A stretch of 63,643 nucleotides of DNA, filler included, from Octopus bimaculoides (Eukaryota): assembly GCF_001194135.2 (NCBI RefSeq). It is 4 parts of 3 records of this genome, joined end to end, with 100 filler letters (N's around TTAATTAATTAA, not from the genome) between each part and the next. Parts side by side here need not be neighbours in the genome. Positions count along the whole stretch, not along the records: positions 1 to 27,770 come from NC_068994.1; positions 27,871 to 58,527 come from NC_068989.1; 2 more parts are not named here. One strand, given 5' to 3'. Positions 23,409 through 34,989 of this stretch are shown piece after piece. Below the pieces are notes generated by a model. It worked only from the letters and a program-made list of their open reading frames with translations. It did no database searches and was not told the origin of the DNA. The position numbers and the translations under genes are program-made. The stretch's first letter is position 1; every line of letters starts with the position of its first letter.

Positions 23409-23665
23409 GGTGACTCATAAAAGGCACCTCTGCTGTGACAAGTAAAAGGTACCCATGCTAGTGACACATAAAATTTGCCTGTGCTGGTGACTCATAAAAA
23501 CACCCAGTTCACTCTGTAGAGTGGTTGGTGTTAGGAAGGGCACCCAACTGTAGAAACCAAGCCAAATCAGACTGGAGCCTGGTATAGCTCTCCAGCTTAT
23601 CAGTCCCAGTCAAACATTCTAACCCATTCTAGCATAGAAAATGGATGCAAAATGATGATGATGAT
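23405..23665 (+). mobile_element. RTE 3' tail
   Basis: ttggtgttaggaagggcacccaactgtagaaacc...aacccattctagcatagaaaatggatg..atgatgatg. Confidence 0.7.
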
Positions 23666-23706
23666 ATATGTGTGCATGTGTGTGGTTGTGTGTGTGTATG
23701 TGTGTG

Positions 23707-23753
<47 letters not shown>

Positions 23754-23864
23754 CATTTGCGTGTGTGTATGTGCAGCATACGATGGGTGTAAATGAACAT
23801 CATTGTCATACAAGGGAAATTGATTATTTCTAGTCTTCTAGCTATAGGAAAATATCACCTTAGT

Positions 23865-24057
23865 TGCAAGCAGGTAAAGGTTGGCAACAGGAAAGGTATC
23901 CTGCCATAAAAAAATCTGCCTGAACAAAATCTGTGAGACCCATGCACACATGGAAAAGTGACCATTAAATGATGATGATGGTGGTGATGGTGGTAGTATG
24001 TGACAACAATGATTATGATGACAACGATAACGACAATGACATTGATGATGATGATGG

Positions 24058-24089
<32 letters not shown>

Positions 24090-24090
24090 G
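23865..24090 (+). mobile_element. Short RTE-like tail with expanded (GAT)n
   Basis: ggttggcaacaggaaagg...gacccatgcacacatggaaaag..ttaaatgatgatg. Confidence 0.55.
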
Positions 24091-24400
24091 TGAATACATT
24101 TACAAACATACGTTGAAGATGTTGACACAAGCCGTAACAGTTTCACTTCAGGAACATTTAATTTTCCACCAAAATAAACCCACCTACTCATTACATTTTC
24201 ACTTCAAATTGTCAACTGCCTGAAGCTCTTGTTCGTTATGCTTTCAATTTAGGCTCACTGACCCCGCCCCTACCTCTTAAAATCTTTCTTGAAAATTTTA
24301 TTTGGCGGGTATTTTTAATTCTGGAATTTATAATAAGGGTTGATTATTATACACTGACACTGTATATGTGTCAGTGTTGTTCTCGATAACAATCTTATTA

Positions 24401-24706
24401 CTAGGTATTAATATTTATTGCCAAACTAACATGGCAATCCATAGAAATAGGACAAATGCTGCTGTTGATCAGCTCCAAGAGGCAGTCGCCTCTAGCTAAC
24501 TATATTGCGCATGAACCTGCATCCATAAACCTTTGAAGGTTTATAGATGCAGGTTCATGCATCATATAGCTAGCTAGAGGTGATCACAGGTTTGTGTGTC
24601 ATATAGCTAGCTAGAGGTGATTGCCTCTCAGAGCTAATCAACAGCAGCATTCGTCCTATTTCTATGGACTGCCACGTTAGATTGACAAATAAATATTAAT
24701 ACTCAG
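24401..24706. mobile_element. Fold-back MITE (near-perfect palindrome, probable TA TSD)
   Basis: The arms pair up to a short loop near 24530; the right arm has a 37-bp tandem duplication; TA on both flanks. Confidence 0.8.
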
Positions 24707-24851
24707 TACTGCTGTTGTATCTCTTCTTTAGAGAGATTTAGAAATTATAACATTTCTATATATTAATCTGATTACTATTTCTTTAGAAATAAAGGTTCCT
24801 AGCTGGATCCCAGTCTGATATTATGTGTATATCCCAAATAAGACACTAGAT

Positions 24852-25559
24852 TAGTGGTTCTAGACTGAAGTCCATATGGCCCCTGAGGGTCCCTATAAGA
24901 TTTTTGGGGTCCATGCAAGCAAAAGAGTAAATTGGAGATCCACAATAGTATTTTAAGGGACCCCTGAAAAAATTTTGCTTTAAATGTATGTATTGTTAAG
25001 TCTTGCATGACAATAGTGAAGGTGCATGGCTCAGTGGTTAGAGTGTCGGGCTCACAATCATGAGATAATGAGTTTGATTCCCAGAATGAGTTGTGTGTTG
25101 TGTTCTTGAGCAAGACACTTTATTTCATGTTGCTCCAGTTCACTCAGCTGTAGAAATGAGTTGCAATATCACCAGTGCCAAGTTGTATCAGCCTTTGCCT
25201 TTCTCTTGGATAACATCGATGACATGGAGAAGGGAGGTTGGTATGCATGGGTGACTGCTGGTTTCCATAAACAACATTGCTTGGACTTGTGCCTTGGAGG
25301 GTAACTTTCTAGGTGCAATCCCATGGTCATTCATGACTGAAAAGGGTGCTTACCCTTTTATGTCTTACAAGAAATAGCTTGGTTTCTTTCTCTAACATTT
25401 TACATAACCTACACAAATTAATGCGTAAAAAACAAAATAAAAATTTTGACAGAAGCTTCTATAAAACTAGTTTTTCAACATCAGATGGCTATGGGAGTCC
25501 ACCTGATTAAAATAGTAATCAAAGGGGTCCATAGATAGAAAAATGGTTGAGAACCAGAG
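24852..25559. mobile_element. hAT-type MITE containing a nested SINE
   Basis: Termini (t)AGTGGTTCT...GAGAACCA(gag); flanks CACTAGAT / AACTAAAT (6/8 match) fit an 8-bp TSD. Confidence 0.6.
25017..25345 (+). mobile_element. tRNA-derived SINE (third head type)
   Basis: A-box TGGCTCAGTGG, B-box GAGTTTGATTCC, body ttgagcaagacacttt. Confidence 0.75.
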
Positions 25560-25604
25560 AACTAAATGACCAGAAATCAAATGGCTGGAATGTAATGTAA
25601 ATAT

Positions 25605-26005
25605 CCGTTTCAATTTTGGCACAAGGACGGCAATTTCAGGGGTGGCTGAGGGGATAGTTGCTTACATTGACCCCAATGCTCAACTGGTACTTATTTCATA
25701 GATCCCAGAAGGTTGAAAGGCAAAACTGACCTTGGTAAAATTTGAACACAGAATGTAAAGACAGATGAAATGCTGCTAAACATTTTGATTTCATTTCAAA
25801 TTTTGGCACCAGGCCAGCAATTTCGGAGGAAGGGTAAGTTGATGACATCAGCCCAGTACTCAACTGGTACTTATTTTATTGTCCCCAAAAGGAAGAAAGG
25901 TGAAGTCAGCCTCGGTGGAATTTGAACTCAGAGCGTAAAGATGAATGAAGTGCTGCTAGGCATTTTGCCCAGCATGCTAATGATTCTGCCAACTTCGCTG
26001 CCTTA
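25605..26005 (-). mobile_element. Two tandem SINE family C copies
   Basis: Two head-to-tail units. Confidence 0.85.
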
Positions 26006-26469
26006 TATAATGTAAATATTGAAAAATGCTTTATCTCTAAAGATGAAGTTAATTGTTAAATTGTTTGGAAGGTTTACGCATTTTGAATTCAGTTTTAACT
26101 TAATGTCCTACTGTAAAGTTTCAGTAGACTTCAAGACTAGAGACTGTTCAAATCAAAAGAAAGTTTTAGTTTCTCTGAGAAACTTTTATTTTGACAAATT
26201 CGAAAGAATGAGCAGATGCATTATCATGTTACCATATTATGTTTGGTTGAGTAAACTGTTGTATTAAGGAAAGGAGACACAAAGCATGGGAAAATACCTC
26301 AACAAGTGAAATAGCACCACACCCCTTAATGTAACCATTCAAACTTCATGAAATAGCAACCAAAATATCCTTCAAATTACACAATACTACTTTTAAAAAG
26401 TAAAAAAACATTAAATAGTATTGTAGGAGAGAAATGTGTGTGAAGAGATAATGATTCACTTCTGCTTAG

Positions 26470-26670
26470 TGATTCTGAATAGAAAGACAATAGAAGTGCT
26501 ACTATGAAAGTCTACTAAATGTAGAGAATGCATGGGAGAAAGAGAGCCTTCCAAAATAAACCTGGCTGAATGATCTGCTATTCTAGTTGACATCAGTATG
26601 AGATATAAAGCAATTAAGGATATGAAGACAGGGAAAACCTCTGAGCCATCAGGAATAACCACTGAAGCGT
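26470..26670 (+). mobile_element. RTE LINE fragment (region just upstream of RT)
   Basis: LLNVENAWEKE...KAIKDMKTGKTSEPSGITTE resembles AIxxMKxGKAxGPxGIxAE. Confidence 0.65.
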
Positions 26671-26674
26671 TTAA

Positions 26675-26857
26675 CCCTTTAACGTTCTGATTACTCTGTC
26701 ACATGTAATGTTTATTTATTCCCATTGCTTTGAATTAAGCATTCATTATTTCATAGCTTCAAGATTTTGGTGGTGTGAGAGGCTAGACCTGGGTGGTTTG
26801 AATATAAAAGCAGATAGAGTATTTGGGCCTGATATGACCAGTTTAAATGTTAACAGG
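26675..26857. mobile_element. piggyBac-like MITE
   Basis: TTAA-CCCTTTAAC...GTTAACAGG-TTAT; homologous to 3652-3832. Confidence 0.5.
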
Positions 26858-26929
26858 TTATAATATCTAGTGAAGCAGGAAATGGTCCTAGTTATCTGTA
26901 TAGTTAATCAGGGTGTACAGAAAGGTAAG

Positions 26930-27385
26930 CTCTTTGATGGGTATAACAGCATTATAATCGGAAGGGATAAGCCCAGAAAGATGTGGGATGAAGTGGTGAG
27001 AAAGGATCTACAAACATTGGGACTCATAGAGGGGATGACAAGGGACCGAGATTCCTGGTGGTTTGCTGTGCTTGAAAATACATGTGAAGCTAAGTACAAG
27101 TGTGGTTGCCCTTGCATACAAACTCATCCCTTGCAACCCTCTCCAGTTGAGCATCCCTAATCTTTTGGGCTTGTAAGTGCTGGTGCCGTGTAAAAAAACA
27201 CCTGCCATACTGGTGCTGCATAAAAGCACCCAGTACTCTCTGTAAAGTGGGTATCCAGCTGTAGAAACCATGCTGAAACAGACATGGAGCCTGAGCAGCT
27301 CTTCAGCTGGTCATCTTCTGCCAAACCATCCAATCCATGCCAGCATGGAAAACAGACATTTAAGGATGATGATGATGATGAGGAG
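26930..27385 (+). mobile_element. RTE LINE 3' end (C-terminal peptide and 3' UTR ending in (GAT)n)
   Basis: GRDKPRKMWDEVVRKDLQTLGLIEGMTRDRDSWWFAV matches the RTE C-terminal GRPRKTW..D pattern. Confidence 0.8.
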
Positions 27386-27389
27386 GATG

Positions 27390-27765
27390 TGACCAGACCT
27401 ACACATAAGGCTTTAATCAGCCTAAGTCTATTGCAGAAGACACTTGTCCGAGACAATACACAGTGGGACTGAATCTGAAATCACATGGTTGGGAAGTGAA
27501 TTTCTTAACCATGCAGCCATATCTGCACCTGTATATCTTTTATCTTTTATATTTTATTTGTTTTAATTATTAGACTGTGGCTATGCTGGGACACCATCTT
27601 CAAGAACTTTCAGTTGAATGGATCGACCCCAGTACTATTTAATTTTTTTAAAGCATGATACTTATTCTATTGGTCTCTTTTGCTGAACTGCTAAATTACG
27701 AGGACATAACCACACCAACACCGGTTGTCAAGTGGTGATGAGGGACAAATAAAGACACAAAGATA
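27390..27765 (-). mobile_element. SINE A (27390-27535) and SINE B (27540-27765), separate copies
   Basis: Family matches on the minus strand; their order is not that of one composite element. Confidence 0.75.
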
Positions 27766-27770
27766 TATAT

Positions 27771-27870
27771 NNNNNNNNNNNNNNNNNNNNNNNNNNNNNN
27801 NNNNNNNNNNNNNNTTAATTAATTAANNNNNNNNNNNNNNNNNNNNNNNNNNNNNNNNNNNNNNNNNNNN
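27771..27870. other. Assembly spacer N44-TTAATTAATTAA-N44
   Basis: Identical 100-bp construct at 58528-58627 and 62102-62201; the 12-mer places stops in all six frames. Confidence 0.95.
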
Positions 27871-28546
27871 CACAAAAAGAGTTTTACATTGATGGGATTA
27901 AAAAGCTTGTAAATAGATGGAAGGAAGTCATAGATAATCAGTGAAAGTACATTGATGATTAAATTTCAATTAAATATAACATTTAATCACTTGTTTTCTT
28001 TATTCAAAATTCAGACAAAACTTGTGGTATGACCTGATATTTATAACTGGGGTCGATTCGTTCAACTAGAATTTTTTCAAGAAGGTGCCTTAGCATGGCT
28101 GCAATCTAATGACTAAAACAAGTAAGAAGACAAAATAATAATAAGAAAAGATATATATATATATATATATATATATCATTAACTATGTGTATTTGTGTGT
28201 GTATGTGTGTATACATACATACAAACATTCATACATACATACATACATACATACATACATACATACATACATACATACATGTATGTATGTATACAAATTG
28301 AAGGAGAAATTGCTGAATATGTAGAATTAATAACAGTCATTGTAACAAACATTGTCAGCGCCCTCTCTGCGTAATTTCTTTGATCTGTTGCTGTTAATAC
28401 GCCTTGAAAAACAGTTACATTAAATACAGAGTAACGGAGATGTAGAATTTCTGTTTTGAATACAAATGTGTGCTTAATCAAGAATGTGAATGAGGGTGTG
28501 TGTGTGTCTGTGTGTGTATGTACGTGAGTGCGTGTAATTCGTTTAA

Positions 28547-28712
28547 GATATTTGGCTGCAGTCTTTAAAGTAAGAAGTTTCCTCTCTAACCATATGGTTC
28601 CTGGTTCACTCCCACTCCGTGGTATCTTAGGCAAGTGTCTTCTACTATAGCCTCGGGCCGACGAAAGGCTTCAAAATGGATTTGGTAGACGGAAACTGAA
28701 GGCATCTCGTCG
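28547..28712 (+). mobile_element. SINE family A (CpG-retaining)
   Basis: Family match; ctcgggccgacg and tctcgtcg keep their CpGs. Confidence 0.85.
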
Positions 28713-28749
<37 letters not shown>

Positions 28750-29585
28750 NNNNNNNNNNNNNNNNNNNNNNNNNNNNNNNNNNNNNNNNNNNNNNNNNNN
28801 NNNNNNNNNNNNNNNNNNNNNNNNNNNNNNNNNNNNNNNNNNNNNNNNNNNNNNNNNNNNNNNNNNNNNNNNNNNNNNNNNNNNNNNNNNNNNNNNNNNN
28901 NNNNNNNNNNNNNNNNNNNNNNNNNNNNNNNNNNNNNNNNNNNNNNNNNNNNNNNNNNNNNNNNNNNNNNNNNNNNNNNNNNNNNNNNNNNNNNNNNNNN
29001 NNNNNNNNNNNNNNNNNNNNNNNNNNNNNNNNNNNNNNNNNNNNNNNNNNNNNNNNNNNNNNNNNNNNNNNNNNNNNNNNNNNNNNNNNNNNNNNNNNNN
29101 NNNNNNNNNNNNNNNNNNNNNNNNNNNNNNNNNNNNNNNNNNNNNNNNNNNNNNNNNNNNNNNNNNNNNNNNNNNNNNNNNNNNNNNNNNNNNNNNNNNN
29201 NNNNNNNNNNNNNNNNNNNNNNNNNNNNNNNNNNNNNNNNNNNNNNNNNNNNNNNNNNNNNNNNNNNNNNNNNNNNNNNNNNNNNNNNNNNNNNNNNNNN
29301 NNNNNNNNNNNNNNNNNNNNNNNNNNNNNNNNNNNNNNNNNNNNNNNNNNNNNNNNNNNNNNNNNNNNNNNNNNNNNNNNNNNNNNNNNNNNNNNNNNNN
29401 NNNNNNNNNNNNNNNNNNNNNNNNNNNNNNNNNNNNNNNNNNNNNNNNNNNNNNNNNNNNNNNNNNNNNNNNNNNNNNNNNNNNNNNNNNNNNNNNNNNN
29501 NNNNNNNNNNNNNNNNNNNNNNNNNNNNNNNNNNNNNNNNNNNNNNNNNNNNNNNNNNNNNNNNNNNNNNNNNNNNNNNNNNNNN

Positions 29586-29634
<49 letters not shown>

Positions 29635-29843
29635 CTGTGTGTGTAGCTAATAGTAATGGATCATCAATCTGGGCAAAATACTTCATAAGCTCTCTGTTGG
29701 CACACCAGGCTAACAATATCATTTAGTGAAGAACTCCAGGTATTCTTGTGGCAGGGTGGAAGGTTATGGTTCATCACAAGTCTATATAGTAAATCCGTGG
29801 ATGGGCACCGGACAAAGTAGTTTTTACTCAGAATCATATATAT

Positions 29844-30187
29844 ATAAGTTAAAAATAATGGTCATTACATATTTTTACATTACTAGAGCAAATTTGGCTT
29901 ACAGCTGTTTCCAGTTGTCATTGGAGATGCATTACTGATATGTTTACTCAATTGTTAAACTGATCAATTGAGGAAAACTAAACCTCCGAAAAAAATTAAT
30001 GCTACTTCTCGTCAGATATAACCAGAAATAGTTCTGACACAAGGTTGTTCAATTGTCGTCAATTGATCAATAGACCAATTGAGTAAATCTACCATTAATG
30101 TATCTATAACGACTACTGGAAACAACTTTAAACCAAATCTGCTCCAAATAAAGAGAAAATATGAAATGACCATTATTTTGAACTTAT
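29844..30187. repeat. Diverged inverted repeat (arms 29844-29971 and 30059-30187)
   Basis: Reverse-complement alignment of the arms by eye. Confidence 0.8.
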
Positions 30188-30287
30188 TATGTGTGTATGT
30201 ATATATGTGTGTATGTGTGTGTGCGTGTGCATACATACGTATCTTTGTACATGTATGTATGTATGATCTCTTATATGCAAGTATGTA

Positions 30288-30319
<32 letters not shown>

Positions 30320-30548
30320 NNNNNNNNNNNNNNNNNNNNNNNNNNNNNNNNNNNNNNNNNNNNNNNNNNNNNNNNNNNNNNNNNNNNNNNNNNNNNNNNN
30401 NNNNNNNNNNNNNNNNNNNNNNNNNNNNNNNNNNNNNNNNNNNNNNNNNNNNNNNNNNNNNNNNNNNNNNNNNNNNNNNNNNNNNNNNNNNNNNNNNNNN
30501 NNNNNNNNNNNNNNNNNNNNNNNNNNNNNNNNNNNNNNNNNNNNNNNN

Positions 30549-30616
<68 letters not shown>

Positions 30617-31339
30617 CAGATTATTTGAATAGTTTAATCACTTACCATAAAGGGAATAGACCAGAATGAAGAGAGAGAGGAAGAGATGGGGACGGAAAGA
30701 AAGACAAAGGGGAAGATAGAGAATGCAACGAACTTCTTTCTGTTGTTTATTCTATATATAGACATTTCTTCCGATGTTATTCCGAAATCAAATAATAATT
30801 GTCCAGTTTCAAAGATTTATTCTTCGCCATAGGTATACTTACCTTTTCATTCCCTCAGACCTTCCTTGTACATGTCTGTGGAACGCCTTTATTAATAGCT
30901 TTTGAATTCAAAGAACAATTAGGTTTCAAAGAAAAATGAACCGTGTGTACGTAGTTGTTTTGTTACTTAGATCACAAGGGAAGTTGTTTATAATTGTTTG
31001 ATAGTATTCGTTGGGTGATCAAACGCTTCAACTGGATAAAATTATAAGAGTTACTTCTTCCTCTTTCATCCTTAAGGTAGAGCTCTCGAAAATTCTACGT
31101 CTTTTCTCTTTCTTTTATTTTGCCATATTTAGGATTAAATCCATCTTCTGATTGCTGGAAATTGAAATTAACTATAAGGTTGAGATTGTGCTTCTTTTTC
31201 TGCCTCTGCTGATCAGACATTTGCTGATGTACGCTATGCTCAAGAGAATATAGATCATAATTAGGTTTATATCTTATTTATATCGAATAGAGTTTAATTT
31301 TAACACTTAGCCCGGAGCAGAAAAGCTGAATGAGTACCA

Positions 31340-31740
31340 GAAAGAGAAAAAGAAGAGAGGAGAGGGAGAGATGAGAGAGAGTGAGAGAGAGAATGAGAGA
31401 GAATGAGAGAGAGAGAATGGGAGAGAGGGAATGGGAGAGAGAGAGAATGAGAGAGAGAGAATGGGAGAGAGAGAGAATGAGAGACAGAGAATGAGAGAGC
31501 GAGAGAATGAGAGAGAGAGAGAGAGAGAGAGAGAAAATNNNNNNNNNNNNNNNNNNNNNNNNNNNNNNNNNNNNNNNNNNNNNNNNNNNNNNNNNNNNNN
31601 NNNNNNNNNNNNNNNNNNNNNNNNNNNNNNNNNNNNNNNNNNNNNNNNNNNNNNNNNNNNNNNNNAAATGAGAGAGAGATAGAAAATGAGAGAGAGAGAG
31701 GGGGAGGGAGAAAAGGATAGAGGATGAAAAAGGAGAAAAA
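31340..31740. repeat. GA-rich (GAGAGAGAAT)n tract, gapped
   Basis: Direct reading. Confidence 0.9.
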
Positions 31741-32381
31741 GGAACACAAATGCTTCCTGTTCTTATTTTTATAAACATTCATGGTTTTGTTTAATATTAT
31801 TAATCAAAAGATAACTAACAATTTTAATAAGTATTATTTCAGCAATGTTGCGTAAAAGCTAGTGTGCAAAGAATTTCCTTTCTTAGTCGGAGTAGACACC
31901 ATTTAAGTAAGCCAGAGCTGCAGGCAAAGCATTTCTAATGCTCTGAAGAATTAGAATGAAATATGTTACAACAAAACGAAGTGGGTAAGGAGTATGTAGT
32001 CGTTGACACAAAGAGATCTGCGACCTAAAAAGCAAATACCAATAGAAAGGCATTTTCCAAAGGAGAGATGTTACCCACGAGTACAAAAAAAGGGATTACG
32101 GGCAGTCCTTCAGCTCACCAGCATTATCAGCATGTATATATAAAAAAAGAAAAACAACGACAGTACTTTCGTAATACATTTGGAAATTAAGAAACAAAAT
32201 ATCGAAATGCTACAGGTAGTCGGGGAAAGGCTGAAAACCCCGCCAACTCTATCTCACAAGGAATTATCATATTATCCACCATCATAACTCGATCTTAAAT
32301 GAAAAAAATGTACTAATTTTGATTTAGCTTCTCATATCAAAAATGCACCTTAAAAAGTTCAAACAACCCTACAGTTCTATA

Positions 32382-32860
32382 CAGTTCTATGTTTAAGAGA
32401 TGAGAAATTATGTACATTATTTACATTATTTGCATTTGATGGATCCATTACAATCGTTGGAAAAAACATCAACTAAACAAACAAGATGAGGACAAATATC
32501 CGTCAAATGTAAATAATGTAAATAATGTACATAATTCCTCATCTCTTAAATATAGAACTGCATTATCTAATCGGTACGGAGTCGACATTAGACTTCAATG
32601 GAGACATATGGAGTAACTCCATCAAAAACTTGCTCGTCTTTCAAACCATCTAACTTTCCTGTGTAGATGTAGAGACTCAAAGCTAATACCACCTGGCTTG
32701 AATGTAATGACACCAGTGGATTCATATAAAGCTAGAAGAGTAGCGGAAAGGGCAGGACATGCCCTTGTCCGTGAGAGGATCCATTACAACCGTTGGAAAA
32801 AGCATCAATCAACAAATAAGATGCGGATAAATATCCGTCAAATGTAAATAATATAAATAA
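32382..32860 (+). mobile_element. Mini Penelope-like element (family P2): inverted terminal repeat, N-terminal ORF fragment and duplicated deletion junction
   Basis: NRYG...ME*LHQKLARLSNHLTFLCRCRDSKLIPPGL...KARRVAERAGHALVRERI matches the PLE N-terminal domain; 32382-32444 pairs with 32498-32560. Confidence 0.75.
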
Positions 32861-33283
32861 TGAATTCTACAGAGGCATGACTGATATCATCCGATGAACA
32901 TCCGATGATCATCCGATGACTAACAACGGTTAGAGTTCAGTTATCTCTTATCAAACTCGCTGATATGTACGGTCGACAGAATAAAGTATCAGTTAAATTT
33001 ATACAGTTTCTCTTTATCACGTATAAATTAGAACACACCCTCTCCCCCCACACACACACACACGCACACACAGGCATACATACCCAGATATACAACCTCT
33101 CAAATAGGCTGATTGGCTTAAAGCTTCATTTCGCAACCGATAGTTCTTGCGTTTGATCTGTTTCTAGAAGCTCGATAAAGTGTATTTGGTACGGCGTCGG
33201 ATTAATAAATCATCTTTTGAGCGTAATTGGATAGGTGAAAATTGTCGAGAACTCATTATTTATCTATCTATCTACCTACCTAC

Positions 33284-33341
<58 letters not shown>

Positions 33342-33837
33342 AACTATTTCTCTCTCTCTTTCTCGCACTTTCTCTCTCTCTCCCTATATATATATGACCT
33401 GCGATACTGAAAACTCGCCTTACGTTCGCTGTAGTGTTCAATTAATGTCTGGAGAAAACCTCTGTTTTAACTTAAATAATTAAGCATATGTAGATATGTG
33501 TAAGTGTGTGCACCATCATATTCAGCATTTCTCCCGGTGCCTCTAGTTAATATGTATATATATATATATATATATAAAACAAACAAAAAATGCGATTATC
33601 ACATTTGTCTCTTGGTTATGATCGTAACCAAGGAATAAATGTTATACTAGTATCTCCATTTTTTTGCTCAAACACAGCTTGCTGGACTTTCAATTTGTGT
33701 GAAACACCGGGTTCTACACGCGTACATGCATAAATACATAAATGGATAGATAGACACATACATACGTACGTCCATACATGCAAAAATACATTCATACATA
33801 CAAACATGCATACATACATACATACATACATACATTG

Positions 33838-33972
33838 TTGTTGGCACTCCGTCGCTTACGACGTCGAGGGTTCCAGTTGATCCGATCAACGGAACAGCCT
33901 GCTCGTGAAATTAACGTGCAAGTGGCTGAGCACTCCACAGACACGTGTACCCTTAACGTAGTTCTCGGGGAT
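33838..33972 (-). mobile_element. SINE family D 3' part (Deu/Nin-domain-like)
   Basis: Near-identical to 60645-60780; contains AGCCACTTGCACGTTAA on the minus strand. Confidence 0.75.
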
Positions 33973-34574
33973 NNNNNNNNNNNNNNNNNNNNNNNNNNNN
34001 NNNNNNNNNNNNNNNNNNNNNNNNNNNNNNNNNNNNNNNNNNNNNNNNNNNNNNNNNNNNNNNNNNNNNNNNNNNNNNNNNNNNNNNNNNNNNNNNNNNN
34101 NNNNNNNNNNNNNNNNNNNNNNNNNNNNNNNNNNNNNNNNNNNNNNNNNNNNNNNNNNNNNNNNNNNNNNNNNNNNNNNNNNNNNNNNNNNNNNNNNNNN
34201 NNNNNNNNNNNNNNNNNNNNNNNNNNNNNNNNNNNNNNNNNNNNNNNNNNNNNNNNNNNNNNNNNNNNNNNNNNNNNNNNNNNNNNNNNNNNNNNNNNNN
34301 NNNNNNNNNNNNNNNNNNNNNNNNNNNNNNNNNNNNNNNNNNNNNNNNNNNNNNNNNNNNNNNNNNNNNNNNNNNNNNNNNNNNNNNNNNNNNNNNNNNN
34401 NNNNNNNNNNNNNNNNNNNNNNNNNNNNNNNNNNNNNNNNNNNNNNNNNNNNNNNNNNNNNNNNNNNNNNNNNNNNNNNNNNNNNNNNNNNNNNNNNNNN
34501 NNNNNNNNNNNNNNNNNNNNNNNNNNNNNNNNNNNNNNNNNNNNNNNNNNNNNNNNNNNNNNNNNNNNNNCGAT

Positions 34575-34575
34575 G

Positions 34576-34671
<96 letters not shown>

Positions 34672-34745
34672 TTGTTGTTGTTGCTGTTGTTGTTGTTGTT
34701 GTTGTCGTCTTCGTCGTCGTCGTTGTTGTTGTTGTTGTTGTTGTT
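34575..34745. repeat. (ATT)n/(TTG)n microsatellite
   Basis: Direct reading. Confidence 0.95.
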
Positions 34746-34989
34746 CAGGTCACTGCTTGGAATCTAACTCGGAATCTTGGGGTTAGTAGCAAAATGTGTG
34801 GCCGTATTTGCTATGACTCCCTAAATATTCAGTTCAAACCCTACCATATTTTTTGACTTCCGGCGTTTCCCAGTTGATAAAATAAAGTATTAGTCAAGCC
34901 ACAAGCTTTGTATAGACATGCCAGAATTATTTACTTCCATTATCATAAAGCTTCCCTCCACCCCATGCGAAGCCTATGCAGAGACGCTT

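Noticed and set aside
27815-27826. TTAATTAATTAA as a conserved biological motif
   Set aside because: Always centred in an exact 100-bp N spacer; assembly artefact.
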